The notes: generated from the sequence alone by a model not told the origin. 62,816 nucleotides of DNA, filler included, from Basidiobolus ranarum (GCA_040143965.1; 19 parts of 19 records of this genome joined end to end with filler, not necessarily neighbours in it), one strand, 5' to 3'; shown: positions 13,578 to 26,220, numbered from the whole stretch's first letter. Made by a program: numbers and translations.

Positions 13578-14310
13578 GTGGATGACAATCGTTATGTGAA
13601 CATCAACAACTGCTGGGTAGTCCCACACAAACTGTACCTAAGTATCACGTGCAACTCTCATATCAACGTCAAAGTCTGCACATCGATGTCCATGGTTGAG
13701 TATTTATACAAGTATGTCTACAAGAACCATGGCCGAGTCAATGTGGGCATCAATCCTTATGCCAATCCTGTCAACGATGAAATACGTCAATTCCAAGTTG
13801 TTGTTCTTGGTGAGGACTTTCATCAAGTCCTCCCTGTTGTTCTCCATGGGTCATGTAGGCAGACTGAGGCTGAGTATTTTAAGACCTATCATCTTGATGT
13901 AGAAAATGGCACGGAGCCTGCTGACCCTAGTGAGATATATCCCGCCAGAAGCCAGCGCTTCGAAGTCATATACCCCACCACTGATACAACACCATTGCTT
14001 CCAGAGCTGTTAATGGAAAGTGCAATTTTCACCGCACTCAATGATGATGTCAAAAAACTCAACGACCTGACTATGGGGATGCACCATGCAGCTACTTCAG
14101 ACAGGATAGCCTACTTGATCCTGAAGGCAAAGGAGCAGGAACCTACTGCTAGGAGTACCTCAACTCTCTCAACCTGGCAGGCCTGCCTCCTTATGAACTC
14201 ATGTTGAAGGTTGGCTAACCTATCATGCTGCTCCGGAACATGGATCCCAAACAAGGACTCTGCAATGGTACACGGTTCATTATTCGAGGGATCCAGCATC
14301 ATTATTGGCA
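13578..14310 (+). mobile_element. Internally deleted Helitron Rep/PIF1-helicase fragment (pseudogene)
   Basis: NCWVVPHKLYLS...HINVKVCTS...YLYKYVYK (Helitron Rep region) is joined to VVLGEDFHQVLPVV (PIF1 GDFRQ motif) and SAIFTALNDDV; in another frame [31 protein letters not shown]. Confidence 0.85.
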
Positions 14311-16619
14311 TCTAAGGAGCATTCTACTTTACGAGGTTTACTTATTTGGGGCATGTTTACGCCCTTAGATTTGTTTTGTTGGTTGTCACTTAAATTGCGT
14401 GCTTTGTTAGGTCCGGTACTCTAGTCAAGCTCATTGACAGAGCTAATAAAGCTTCTGGGCTATGGAGATGCTGGATGGTTTCTTTCCTCAGGCTGTATTT
14501 TATATACAAAGTTTCATATGCTTTGGAGAATACTTCCATCCTGAGACCCACTTTCTCCTTTATAAGCGTATGTTGCTGATATCGACGCATTTAGTGTTGA
14601 TATTTGCTCCAAGTTCCATAGGGCAAGTATAAATAGCTTTTACATGAATTATACGCAATTCAATGGCGCTTAATATGTGAGTGTGGAAAAGTATTCAGAT
14701 AAAAATGATCCAAAGGCCCTTGAACTTTTCATAGAGGGGCTTCTTCAGCACAATTAAATTTAGTGAATAAGTCTCCGTTGCCCAACCACTCCATTCTCAT
14801 CTGCCAATTACTACTAAACAAACTAACCCTAAGAAAAACCACTAGGTTTTATGCAGAAAAGTACTATCAAAAGTAATATGACATTCCACATAAATTCTTG
14901 ATCATATAATAAGAGGAGGTTAGTTGGTCCATTTGTTGTTGTTGAATACTTGGTGTGTTCATCAAGTAGCACTTAAGATACAACCATCGAATCCAGGATT
15001 TGTTTCTATTATTTCCAACAATTCAGCCTCACATTCCTGTAGCAACAGATAATGAATATACTGGTAGCATCACTTGGACCACATATCACAGACCATCGAA
15101 AACCAGTAAGAAGAAACTTCAATCAGAGAATATCTCGGCCAACCCCGCCAGAATCCCAATTTTAGGCAGTACCAATTACAACACCAATTAATCTCCGAGA
15201 TGCCTACTACCTAATAAAAATTTCATGAAGGCCGGGCTCACTAATTGCTGCGCTTCCCTTATGTTGAATTTTTGAATAGGACAGGGAATTCCATCATTCA
15301 AAATGCAGAGATAAGGAATAGATATTGAGGTGGTGGATGTTGTGCTACCGTCGTTACTTGAATTTAGGACCATGAGAAGAATCCGTGAAGATGACGATTC
15401 AGGGTATTCAGAAGTTCACTGCCTGAATTTTGATAATGCAAGTACGTAGTAACTCACATTGGTTTTTTCCCACTGTAACCTAAGAAGCCAGGACAACTCC
15501 AGACATAAGCAACACCCCACGTCAAATGGAGCAATCTTAGAAGTCATGGGTTACACGCGCACATGTACTCTAGCAGTTCCCAGAAATGCAGTACTGGGCA
15601 CAAATAGAATCCATAGATATTGAGCACATAAAAATATTAGCACTATTGCTAAAGGACGTACTAAAAACATGTTACGTTTCAGGCCAATTGGAGTGATTTG
15701 TTTGCAGGTTATACAAGCAATGCATGACACGTTTAATCATAGCAAGTCTCAGCCATCACCAAGAATTATCAACTGGTTACTCATTAGATACCCATCGTGT
15801 TCAAATCTAGATATGAATCGTGTGCTAATATTAGCACTATTTTTACAACATTTGATCATATACACTTGGCAGTATTGATTAGAATCGGCTTTCATGCCTC
15901 AATATTCTTTAAAAGCATGAACTTTTCGGTGATTTATTTAAAAGACCGTCTTTGTGTGCTTACTTATGCACTTTAAATAGGCTATTAGTTTTGCATACAC
16001 TCCACGATATCCATTACTAGCTCTACCTACCAAAAATGATTATTTATGACTTGCTTTTAACAAACATAGAAACACTTATAGTTGGCATTTGTTTCTAACC
16101 CCAAACACTTCAGTAACTGTTCGATCATTGATGTTTTGATCAAGAAAGTGATTATCACCCAATAAAATTGTAGTAAACTAAAAGAAGGTTTGGCCTAAGA
16201 CTAATCCTATTAGTAACCCTATCCTAAGTAGTAGCCCTATCAGTGTAGTAGCAAACCATTGAATTATATTGGGAATACTAGAGACCACTCCAAGCTAATG
16301 TATAACATATAGATTAAAGATGTGAATTCAGATAAAGGGTAAAAGCTTCAGTATTTATCTCATCAACGTAGGTATATACAGTGCTTCACATATTGCTCAA
16401 TTAAGCTATTATATATTGGTACCCATATTATATGCGGCAATCTTTATTTTATTCAATATCAAGCTGATTTCTCCTTTGCTAGTACTTGCCATTCAGATAA
16501 NNNNNNNNNNNNNNNNNNNNNNNNNNNNNNNNNNNNNNNNNNNNTTAATTAATTAANNNNNNNNNNNNNNNNNNNNNNNNNNNNNNNNNNNNNNNNNNNN
16601 TAGAGAAATGTGAATGTCA

Positions 16620-17277
16620 GTTTTCGCAACTACCTTAAATATTCCATTAGCCTCTTTGACATTGGCTGATTTACCGGTTCTCCGAACATCGTAATACTTG
16701 TCAGGTTCTTTGCCTAGCAGATAGCTCGATTATTTACTGATATTCTACATACAACCAGCAGTATTAAGAGACTACCTTTCTGCTTATCCTTTTTATCTTT
16801 TCTACGGATATCTGGTTGCTGTTTGTGGAATTTGCTTTTGTGATTTTCAAGTGATCCTGCTGATGTATGATCTAGACAAGGTTATTAATTAGTTGGTTAC
16901 CCACAACTTCAATAAGAGGCATTTGCCTTTAATCAGGTTATGATTATCATTTCTTGATTTTCGTTTATGATGTTGCTTCTTTCTGTTTCTGTGGATTTTT
17001 AGTATTACAAAATACCTAGTTTATTCAATAATGATACTTACCTTGAAGAACTTATTAAAACAGATCCTTGTCTCGTTTTTAGACCTCCAACTAGGTTACG
17101 TCTTTTTGGAATAATTGGTGGTAGGGGTTCCTCTACACTATCATCTTCTTTTGTACTATCACATTCGCAACTTTGTACGAGCTTTGACTGCTGCTGTACC
17201 CATTCTTGTATGTATTCTTGTTTGTAGCCAACATCATAGGGATTGCTAAGTAGTTGAGAAAGCCCCAAACCACTCAT
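16620..17277 (-). CDS. Hypothetical multi-exon protein, 5' part, running off the contig
   Basis: The 79-aa ORF ends at a GTAAGT donor (~17040). Downstream CTAG acceptors and GTAGT donors bracket open K/R/Q-rich exons. No recognisable domain. Confidence 0.45.
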
Positions 17278-17533
17278 AATGAGATACTTCCAATAGTGGT
17301 GGGATAGAGAGAAAATTTATAGCTACTTTATGGAGGTTATACTTTGAAAACTTGTTTGGATGTACAAAGTTATTGAGCGAGTAAAAGATAGATATTTAGC
17401 TTATATCGGGAAATATTTTTTACTGCAAAACATATTTGCCAAAGAGCATTCAGAGTTGATCCAGTTTCAGTGAATTTGGCATGATGTCAACTATTGACTA
17501 CCTATCATGATTAATCATACGTCTCTATATCAG

Positions 17534-17869
17534 TCAGAATTCCTCAACATATTCTGCCATCTCAGCCACCTCTTTATACTGGAGATCCATCGCTCTCTGC
17601 ACCTCGCCTTCTGTATGTAACTCGTACATACAATCCAAACATCTAGCTAAATCATGGAACTTACGCTGATTTTTTGCAAACTCTTTAAGACTCTTAGTTT
17701 TCTCGCACAAAGAGCAAGTAAGTTCTGAATTGGTTGGGGGCGTGCACAATTGACAACTGGCCATTTTACCTCTCGATTCATTACCATTCGTAGAAGGGTT
17801 TGCTTTGGCACGTTGAGACTTGGAGAAGTTATCGAGGGGCTTATATTTCTTGCAACTGTAGCAATACAT
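17534..17869 (-). CDS. Stc1-domain tandem zinc-finger protein
   Basis: CYSC.KYK...FSKSQ...CQLC...ELTCSLC.KTK...FAKNQR...ARCLDC: eight Cys in the Stc1 (PF12898) spacing, with an acidic C-terminus. An upstream exon is possible. Confidence 0.8.
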   Translation of the reverse strand: MYCYSCKKYKPLDNFSKSQRAKANPSTNGNESRGKMASCQLCTPPTNSELTCSLCEKTKSLKEFAKNQRKFHDLARCLDCMYELHTEGEVQRAMDLQYKEVAEMAEYVEEF

Positions 17870-18820
17870 CGTTACTCTCTAATGAACTACCGAGGTATTC
17901 CAGAGATTCTTTGTACGACTTAGACTGATGAATATATATATTTGTGGCTAATTAGTGGTGAATCAATCCAACCCCAGAATTTGAATCGAAACTTTGATCA
18001 GGTAGCGTGTAGTGATGAGTTTGGATTGACAACGTTGTATCATTCACATAATTTCAATTTCGACGTCATCCGCTTAAAATTACAATTAAATAGGCTAGTT
18101 AACACTGTGTCCGACGGCGAAGTTAACTTGAATGAAGTTGATGCACTTGTCTTGAATTCCAACAATGTTTCTTTTAATGAGACAATTTTGAAGAGGCTTG
18201 GATATTAGTCCTTTACAAGACAAATCCACTATTTTTCGTTATTACCCATTTAAGCTCGTTCCTGGTATGACCTTTGGCTCATTTAAAATTTGGATTTTTA
18301 TGGTAACCATGTCCCGAAAATATAAGGTTATTCTTCAAAACTTTAAATTCTGTAATTCTATTCTGTGTCACTTGGATTGTTCCGACCAAAGTATCAGGTG
18401 AATTTCAGTCAGGCGTTATAGCCCAGAGTGGCTATCCCTCATTCTATCCAAGTTCATTGGTTGGATAAGTGCAAGCTCTCTATGCAGGTGATATTCATTT
18501 CACGTGATGTACCCGAGGAGGGATATATTCAAATTCTCCACTTTCGAATTTTACCTTTTCATTGGCCAATACCCATGCCACATACTGTAAACTGGCTATA
18601 TTGAGTATTATTGTTGGAATAATTCATAGCAATACCTAGATCATTTGGATTTCCAGAGTCCTTTTAACAAGCCCTCAGACGGTTCAGAAGTTTTTTAGCA
18701 CACCGTTCATACTCCTCACAACTTATCAGCCTTTTTTAAGATAAAGGTAACTAATAATTCCACTGTGAAGCACAACATATGGAAACCAATTTCTAATTGT
18801 AAGGCTTTATTTTAGCAAAG

Positions 18821-19507
18821 ATGTCCAGACCTCTCAACGACCAAGAAGTTCTCAACGAGATGAACAAGATGGTGGCTTTCATTAAGCAAGAGGCCCAAGA
18901 AAAGGCTCGTGAGATTAAGGTTAAAGCTGATGAAGAATTCAATATCGAAAAGGCCAAGCTTATTCGTCAAGAATCCATCAATATTGATACTGCCTTCGAT
19001 CGTAAAGTGAAGCAAGCTGATGTTCAACGTCGTATTGCTCAATCTAACGTCATCAACAAATCTCGTCTTCAATTATTGGCCACCCGCCAACAATTATTGA
19101 ACGACCTTTTCAGCGAAGCCACTGAGCATCTTAAGTCAGTTGCCAAGGATAAGGACAGTTATCAAGTTCTTCTTAAGGACTTGATTCTCCAAGGCCTTTA
19201 CCAACTGATGGACAAGAAGGTTCATCTTATCTGCCGTCAAGAAGACGTCTCCATTGTTGAGACCGCTCTCAAGAACGCCCAACAAGAGTATAAGAATGCT
19301 TTCAATACCGCTGTCGAAATTACTATTGACAGAGAAGAGTTCCTTCCTAAAGATTCCAACGGTGGTGTCATCCTATCATCCCTCGAAGGTCGCGTCAAGT
19401 GCCACAATACCCTTGAATCCCGCTTGGAATTACTTAAGGATCAAATGCTTCCTGATATCCGTTACATGTTGTTTGGACACTCTCCTTCTCGTAAATTCTT
19501 TAACTAG
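18821..19507 (+). CDS. VMA4: V-type proton ATPase subunit E
   Basis: EMNKMVAFIKQEAQEKAREIKVKADEEFNIEKAKL...GGVIL...NTLESRLELL..QMLPDIR..LFG.SPSRKFF. The CDS is intronless, with a probable 5'UTR intron at 18747-18815 (GTAACT..CTAAT..TTTAG). Confidence 0.97.
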   Translation: MSRPLNDQEVLNEMNKMVAFIKQEAQEKAREIKVKADEEFNIEKAKLIRQESINIDTAFDRKVKQADVQRRIAQSNVINKSRLQLLATRQQLLNDLFSEATEHLKSVAKDKDSYQVLLKDLILQGLYQLMDKKVHLICRQEDVSIVETALKNAQQEYKNAFNTAVEITIDREEFLPKDSNGGVILSSLEGRVKCHNTLESRLELLKDQMLPDIRYMLFGHSPSRKFFN

Positions 19508-20099
19508 ACTAGTTTAATCTGTCGCAGCTTGTTATGATACCATGATCTATTAAGAGAAAGTCTTTCAATTCATCAGCACCTTCCTAATTTGAGAATAAAA
19601 TTTAAACTTATAATAAAAACAAGATATAATCATTATGAACCATATATCACTCCAGATTGTGTCTTAACGAGTATTTATATTATATTGGCCAGCAAATCGC
19701 ACAACTCGTGTACGAGGTCGTATAAAGTATTGAAGACATTGATGGATGAAAAAGCTTATCTACGTAAATTTAATACAATGTAACTTTATATAAGCAGAGT
19801 ATTGTTCGGGCAGATTCNNNNNNNNNNNNNNNNNNNNNNNNNNNNNNNNNNNNNNNNNNNNTTAATTAATTAANNNNNNNNNNNNNNNNNNNNNNNNNNN
19901 NNNNNNNNNNNNNNNNNAATACTCCAAAAAATGTTGAAGTTTATAGTCTTTATCATATTTGTTATCTCTATCTTTATACACCTGACTATTTCATATATCA
20001 CATATAAGTTAGTTAACATTACTTAGTCAAATATCGCTTAACTACAAATCAGAACATATATTATATATATATGTGAATAATGTGAGAGCAGGACAATAA

Positions 20100-20975
20100 T
20101 GAGGTTCCCAAACTTGTTTTACAGGCCTTCAAGTAGTGTCATGACTAAGTCATCTTCATTTAGAGGTGCTCCAATTGATCAGAGCTGATGTGCCATAGTT
20201 TACATCTAATTTTTACACTTAGCCACAGAATCATCCAAATGCATCTGAATTGAGAATAAGTTTTGTCTAAGATATAGCCTGTTAGCCAGATTTTTGGTTT
20301 CATATAGTCCCTCATGTATTTCCCCAGAAGTTTGGATATTATTGATTTAGTGTATGTACCTCAATTGAGGGTCTATGAGATGGAGACATGGTATAGAGAG
20401 TGCTTTCCTCTACTTCTTGTTGAAAGCAAGGATAGCTTCTGGTGGTGCCTTTGGCTCTGTTTCTTCTTCTGAAACAAAACCACAAAGGTTCTTGTCTTCT
20501 AGCACCCTTTGCCTCTTGAACTTCAAAAGGTGAAAGTCTTCACTGTCAAACTTCTGTGTAGATGCAAAAATGTCGGTAATAGGAATGTTAGACATTTCTT
20601 TGAACAGCTAGCTTGGGGCTCATACTCTGATAATAGTATTTAGGGGATTTGGCTGTGTATTGGCAAAGATTTGGATTGGCAAACCAGATCTTGGGTGTTT
20701 TGAATTCATATGTCCTACTTATTGTTTACAATGAAATAGGACTATTGGATGTGCTCAGATCATAACAAATATGCCTGTAAAGCATGGTTGAAGATATGAA
20801 GTTATTTGATGAAGTTTTGAGAAATAGTGAAAGTTGGTAAAAGTGATCTGTTTGATACTTCTATTGATTTAAGCAATAAAAACACATATTTAAATGGCAG
20901 AACTCAGTGCTATATCATCAGATTAAGAATATGCTAACTACTAAATAATAAATTGCTACTGCCCCAATTTCAGCA
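20100..20975 (-). mobile_element. Ty1/copia 5' end: LTR A (20628-20975), PBS (20616-20627) and gag pseudogene (20595 to ~20100)
   Basis: The LTR ends ...TATCA and is followed by GAGTATGAGCCC. Gag reads KFDSEDFHLLKFK..VLEDKNLCGFVS, then LYETKNLANRLYLRQNLFSIQM and SIGAPLNEDDLVMTLL, with stops. Confidence 0.85.
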
Positions 20976-21329
20976 GATTTTATGTTCAAGAAGGCTAGTT
21001 GCACTATGACAGATCAGAATAAAACAAAATTACACACTGGGATATAACTCAAAACTTATACAAGCTGGAAATCAACAAAACATATCCTGAGCTTGCAAAC
21101 CTGTCCAAAATTGTTAAAAGTAGTTATCAAATGTGGCATAGAAGCTCAGGCCGGTGAACAAAAACCTACCACAATTATTAGACCTGTTCCATTGGACTTT
21201 GTCAGATCATGCCACTCAATTCAGCATGCTAACAAACTTTCTGGCACAATCTGTCATTTACCAAGGGTAGGTCCTATAATACTCAAATGGTGGATATCTT
21301 TGAGTATGACTGGTTTGAAAATAAATAAG

Positions 21330-22050
21330 GATTTTGATTACTTTGCATGAGTTTGATTGAGGCCCACAAAATGATTTTCCTCTATGCTTTCCTGCTACAA
21401 TGCTATATCTCTTTAGGCAACCAGCACTATGTTCTACACCTGCACTAAAATGCAAAAAATGGCATTAAAAAGCTTTTGCCCCTCTGTGAGTATCCCGCCT
21501 CTGGGCCTCTTGTTGGCTGTGACACATCCTAGCCTTGTGCATTCTTCCCCAGCATATGCTAAATTGGCCATAGTCAACTCATATTTTACAAATGGTGCAT
21601 GCCACTCAACCTAAAGCCTTTTGTCATGGTATCTCCCTGGATGTGGTAACTGAGCCTAATGACATTTCCTTCCAAATCTGTCAAAGCCTGGAACTTTACA
21701 CAGTGAGCTTTGAGCTTGCCAGAATGGAATAGCATTTGGTTGCTTTTGGGCCAGTTAATTCTCATAGGAAATGTGTCAAGAATACTTCCAATATGAGCTC
21801 TTTGGGGATTACTCCAGGAAATGGAATGAAATCAGAGTCTTCATATCTTTTGACCCAGGCACCTTCAACATCATTCATCAATAAAGCTAGATAATTCTCA
21901 CCTACTTGAAGCCTGGCATGGAAGCTCTTCTCACTTTTACTACCATCAATAGTGCACTGAAATCTAGTTGGACAATAGTTTTTGTAATAACAAAACAAAT
22001 TGACTAGCTGCTTTCTGGTAGGTATTGGAGTTTACAAGCCATAGTTTTTG
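21330..22050 (-). mobile_element. PIF/Harbinger-ISL2EU (DDE_Tnp_4) transposase pseudogene
   Basis: Across frameshifts: GSILDTFPMRINWPKSNQMLFHSGKLKAHCVKFQALTDLEG, PGRYHDKRL, MANLAYAG, KRPRGGILTEGQKLFN and VEHSAGCLKRY, i.e. the DDE_Tnp_4 motif series. Confidence 0.75.
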
Positions 22051-23234
22051 TAAATATAGCTTCTAAAGTGGTGATAGAAGAGCTAGTTGCTGCTTTTGGA
22101 TTAGTGAGGAATGACCATTCAGAGTAGATGGAGAGCATAATACTAATCTTGTATTGATCTGGCTCGTGTAAGCTATGTATCTACGAGTTTCAATTATTGT
22201 GGTAAAATTTGCTGCATTCTGTATGATAAGATTTCTGTTTGCATTTATTATCCTGAATATTTCAGGTGTATGCAATTGAATGGATGTTATATAATAAAAT
22301 GGATCAGAAAAGTTTATCATAGTTTGATCTGAATAATTTAATTATGCATACATATCAAAAGAGCTCAATATGGAATGCATTATACTTGATCACACTACAG
22401 AAAATTTGATTTCACATTTTAACCAATAATATCAGAAGATCCCTAACTTTGATTGAAACCAATAAAGTTTAACATCATAGGTTTGTATGGCAGTTATGTA
22501 TCAAGTCAAAGTAGATGCTTCCTGATTCACAACCTACTTTGGTACAGGAAGCCACCACTTCCAAATCTTTGCATGAGCAGTCAAACTAAGGTGTATATGA
22601 TGCAAAGCAGTGTGTGCCTAAAGATTTTGCAGATGCCCAGGTATCCACTATGAGTTCTTGCCTGGATATACTGGAGTTATTGATGACTTGACAGAAGCTG
22701 GGGAATGGGGCATTAAACAAAAGTGGAAGCAACTATCAACTCTGCTTTAGAGAAAATTATATCTTCATGCCTTCAAATTTCTGCAAGAAAATATACAATA
22801 AAACTCATGTAGAGACAAAGGATGAATTGAGAAGTAGGAATTTCAACAATGAGTCTGCTAAGTCCCCATTTCAATTGCATTTTTGCTTTCATGGACTAGA
22901 AGAAAATAATGCAACCTCAACTTAAGAGACAAAAGATATTCTGAACAGATATCTACAATGGCTCAATGAGACTTTGCAGCAATTGTTGATGGAGATTGCA
23001 GGGCTAAAAACAACACTTCAGGATACTTTGACTAGAGTAATCAATGATAAAAGTGTTTAGGGGATTTGGATGTGTTTTGGACAAGATTTGGATTTGTGAA
23101 TTAGACACTTAAGTTTTATTGAATTGAATATGTCNNNNNNNNNNNNNNNNNNNNNNNNNNNNNNNNNNNNNNNNNNNNTTAATTAATTAANNNNNNNNNN
23201 NNNNNNNNNNNNNNNNNNNNNNNNNNNNNNNNNN

Positions 23235-23490
23235 TTTTATAGTTTTGTCAAGATGAAAAGAAACTAACATGTAGAATATGTTAAGGAAGGTCCCAGGAAC
23301 ATGTGTGCAAAGTTTGGGGCTTCTAGCACAAGTTTGAAAAATCTATATATCTGAGAACTTCTAAGTTGGTAAAAATATTCCAAGTAAATTCCAATTGAGG
23401 ATAATTGATAATATCTTAATGAATTATAAGATAACTAAGTACTAAGCTTTATATGACTATATAGGTGTTTAGGCAATGCTAATTTCAACA
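23235..23490 (-). mobile_element. Partial LTR, family B
   Basis: Highly similar to 9120-9355; ends ...GCTAATTTCAACA. Confidence 0.7.
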
Positions 23491-23599
23491 ATTAATATAT
23501 CATATTTAGAGTCCCAAATAGCTTACCACATGAGTTTCAGAGCCTAGTAATAACTCCAGAATCAAGCACTGAAAATTTGACCTTAAATTATGTATTTAG

Positions 23600-24677
23600 C
23601 CAACTTCTGAAAGAAGATTTACACAAATTGGGATCCAACAAAAAGAATGAAGAGAATGCTTTGATTGGCTATGGCAAACCTTCCTATAAAGGTCAAAAGC
23701 ACTTGAAAAAGAAATGTAACACAGTCTGCAATTATTGTAAATGAACTGGACATTTAAGCACAGATTGCTTTAAAAGAACTGCACAAAAAGAAAAATGTAC
23801 AGAATCTGGAAATGTGGTTACAACAGAAAGTCACTTGTTCATGTCTGCTCTATCTGTGACTACCAACAATGATTCTCAGACATGGTACATTGATTGTGGA
23901 GCCTCCAAACATATCACAAATCAAAACATTAGTTTGTGTATCATGAAGAAATCCCTATAAGAAAGGTTTAGTGGCAGATGACCACACAATGGATGCTATT
24001 GGAATGGGAACAATTCAAGTCAACTTAACTGGAGCTGCTGAATAGAAAGTATAAGTATTAAGGATGTTCTACTTGTTCCAGATACTGCCAGGAATTTAAT
24101 ATCTGTATGCAAGGCCACCTCAGAAGTGCTAGAATTCAATTTTGATAAGTCAGGATGCACCATCACTGACCAAAATGGGAATTATTTAGCTTCGGCAAAA
24201 GGGATCAAAGCTTATACAAACTTACATAAAATCCAAGAGGTTTATGAGTAATTACAAGTTATTCAAATCAAGAAATTATTCAAATATAGCACAAGAGATT
24301 TGGGCATATTGGATTTGATTATTTGAGCAAAATGATCAAAAATTCCTAATTTCTGGAATCCAAAATAAACCACAAACCAAAATGGAAATTTCTCAGGGTT
24401 GTATATGTAGAAAGCAAGCCAGGCAACCAATCAAGAGCTCTGGTTTTATCAAATCTTTGAAAATAATGGATTTGATTAATTCAGATATGTGTTGATCTAT
24501 GCAAACTTTATCTCTAGGTGGAAAACAATATTTAATCACATTTATTGATGGTTATACAAGGTACACTTGGGTCTAATTTATGGAAAGAAAGGAAGAAGCT
24601 CTCCCTATCTTTGGGAATTTTAAAACACTTGGGGAGACTGAAATTACAACCTAGATAAAGAAATATATACTGATAAT
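23600..24677 (+). mobile_element. Ty1/copia gag zinc knuckle, protease, pre-integrase and integrase pseudogene
   Basis: CNYCK*TGHLSTDC, WYIDCGASKHIT, VLLVPDTARNLISV, HKRFGHIG, SDMC*SMQTLSLGGKQYLITFIDGYTRYTWV and TDN. Truncated by an LTR insertion. Confidence 0.9.
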
Positions 24678-25192
24678 TGTCACAACTAGAAGCAGTGATA
24701 AGAGGCTAGAAAGCAGGAGGGTGCTGCAGTGTAGACCACAGGGCAAGACAAGACAATACTAGAAAAGGAAGATACTTTGGCAAGAATGTTTGTTGATAAT
24801 TGGCATTGCCCAGACTGAGGTCTGATCAAGGAAACATGGAGTTTATATAGGTATTGCTGGGGAAACATAATATACTGAATAGGGATTATACAGTGGCAAG
24901 TTCAAGAGTTAGGGTGTTGGAGACTCTATGAACCAATGTGAAGAGGGATGATGTAAGGTTGATCAGGTGACATTCCATGGATGGACTTGGTGGAAATACA
25001 CTATGTGTGGGATGACATATTTGGTCAGGTTTTGTGGAATGTTCCAAAAATCAAGACATCCATGTGTGGTAACCTGCCTATACTCACCTAAGATTGCCAA
25101 GAAAGGATGGCACTGCAGATATGATGCCATAATCTAATAATAGAAGAGTTCTATTTGTAGTGGATGGCTATGCCAAGATCAGAATCATGACA
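24678..25192 (-). mobile_element. LTR, family D (~515 bp, TGTCA...TGACA, probably Gypsy-type)
   Basis: Inverted TGTCA/TGACA termini. An opposite-orientation copy starts at ~26223 (TGTCATGATTCTGATCTTGGCA). Confidence 0.6.
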
Positions 25193-25299
25193 GTATCCCT
25201 TCCTTCAGTGGTGGCTTCCACACATCACCCTAACAAAGCAGATTTGATTTGATCCAGATAGGATCCCCCATTGGGATTGCAAAATCATCAGCAAATCAT

Positions 25300-25537
25300 T
25301 GTAGTTGTTTTTGGATGGAAGATTGTAGAATTTTACAGAAAATAATAGGGCTAATGTGGGTTAAAACCAATAAATCTGAAATAATAAGGGATAATACTAA
25401 TGGTGTGATTTGATTGGCTAGAGAATATGGGTAAATCAAATATGGAAAATAAAATTGAACTTGGTCAATAGTAATCATATGTGCTTGGAGTGGAAATAAG
25501 TCAACCTGCCAGTAGGTAGCAATGCTGGCCCATGACA
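25300..25537 (-). mobile_element. LTR, family C, nested in a CACTA-derived repeat
   Basis: TGT...TGACA ends; the reverse complement matches 32942-33073. The flanks rejoin into the repeat seen uninterrupted at ~29230-29310. Confidence 0.55.
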
Positions 25538-26220
25538 CTGTCCCAATATTGATGGCTAGCATTCTGCCAGGGATTTAAATGGTGTGACAGAGGCTTATTG
25601 AAGGTACTTTGATAGTTCTCATACATATTATGATATTGATCTTCATATTTGGCAGGCATTGTTTAATTTCTGGCAATTTTTGCAAAAATATATTTTTGAG
25701 TGGCAAATTACTAGGTTTATTGCTGCAAGAATTCAAATTAATATGCATGCCTTGATTTAGATAATTTGGCTTTGTATTCCAGCCATAATGCGAATCAAAA
25801 AATAGAAGAATCTTAGTGTATTTAGTCTCTACATATGCACATACTTGACTGATCAGACATAACTCATTAATATCAATATGCTTTACCAGCAAACTAAAGG
25901 TGGAAAAACTGCTAAACATCTGAAATTTTAAATAGCACTGACACTTGGCAAATAGCTAAATCTTGTTACCATTCACAATGAGAATAGGATCTTGGATTTT
26001 GGCAAATTTCCATAAACAACTCAGCAAAATATCCCTGACTTGCAGTCAGCTAATGTCCTTTCACAAGTAGATATGTAATTGCTGGAATAGATTACCCCAG
26101 GGCTAAAACAATAATACTGTGTGTCTCACTCTATCTCACCAAGAAGTCTGTCTTGCAGCTCTCCTAGAAATATAAGCAGATTATCACACAAACAAATTAG
26201 TCCAAATTATAGAGATAGTT
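25538..26220 (-). repeat. CACTA-associated 3' repeat (same family as 3500-4250, 5820-6543 and 29230-29762)
   Basis: Reverse complement similarity; it translates to the same FSTFSLLVKHID..ELCLISQVCAYVETK...FFDSHY.WNTKP segment. Confidence 0.7.

Noticed and set aside
16195-16245. Telomere-like TAACCCT/TAGCCCT motifs
   Set aside because: Only two or three degenerate, non-tandem copies inside a contig.
16850-16935. Possible GC-AG intron in the hypothetical gene
   Set aside because: An alternative GT donor also yields open frames; this cannot be resolved without transcripts.
18812-19072. Antisense/overlapping ORFs (also 57085-57489, 37825-38094, 1417-1708, 336-557)
   Set aside because: Shadow ORFs opposite well-supported genes with biased codon usage.
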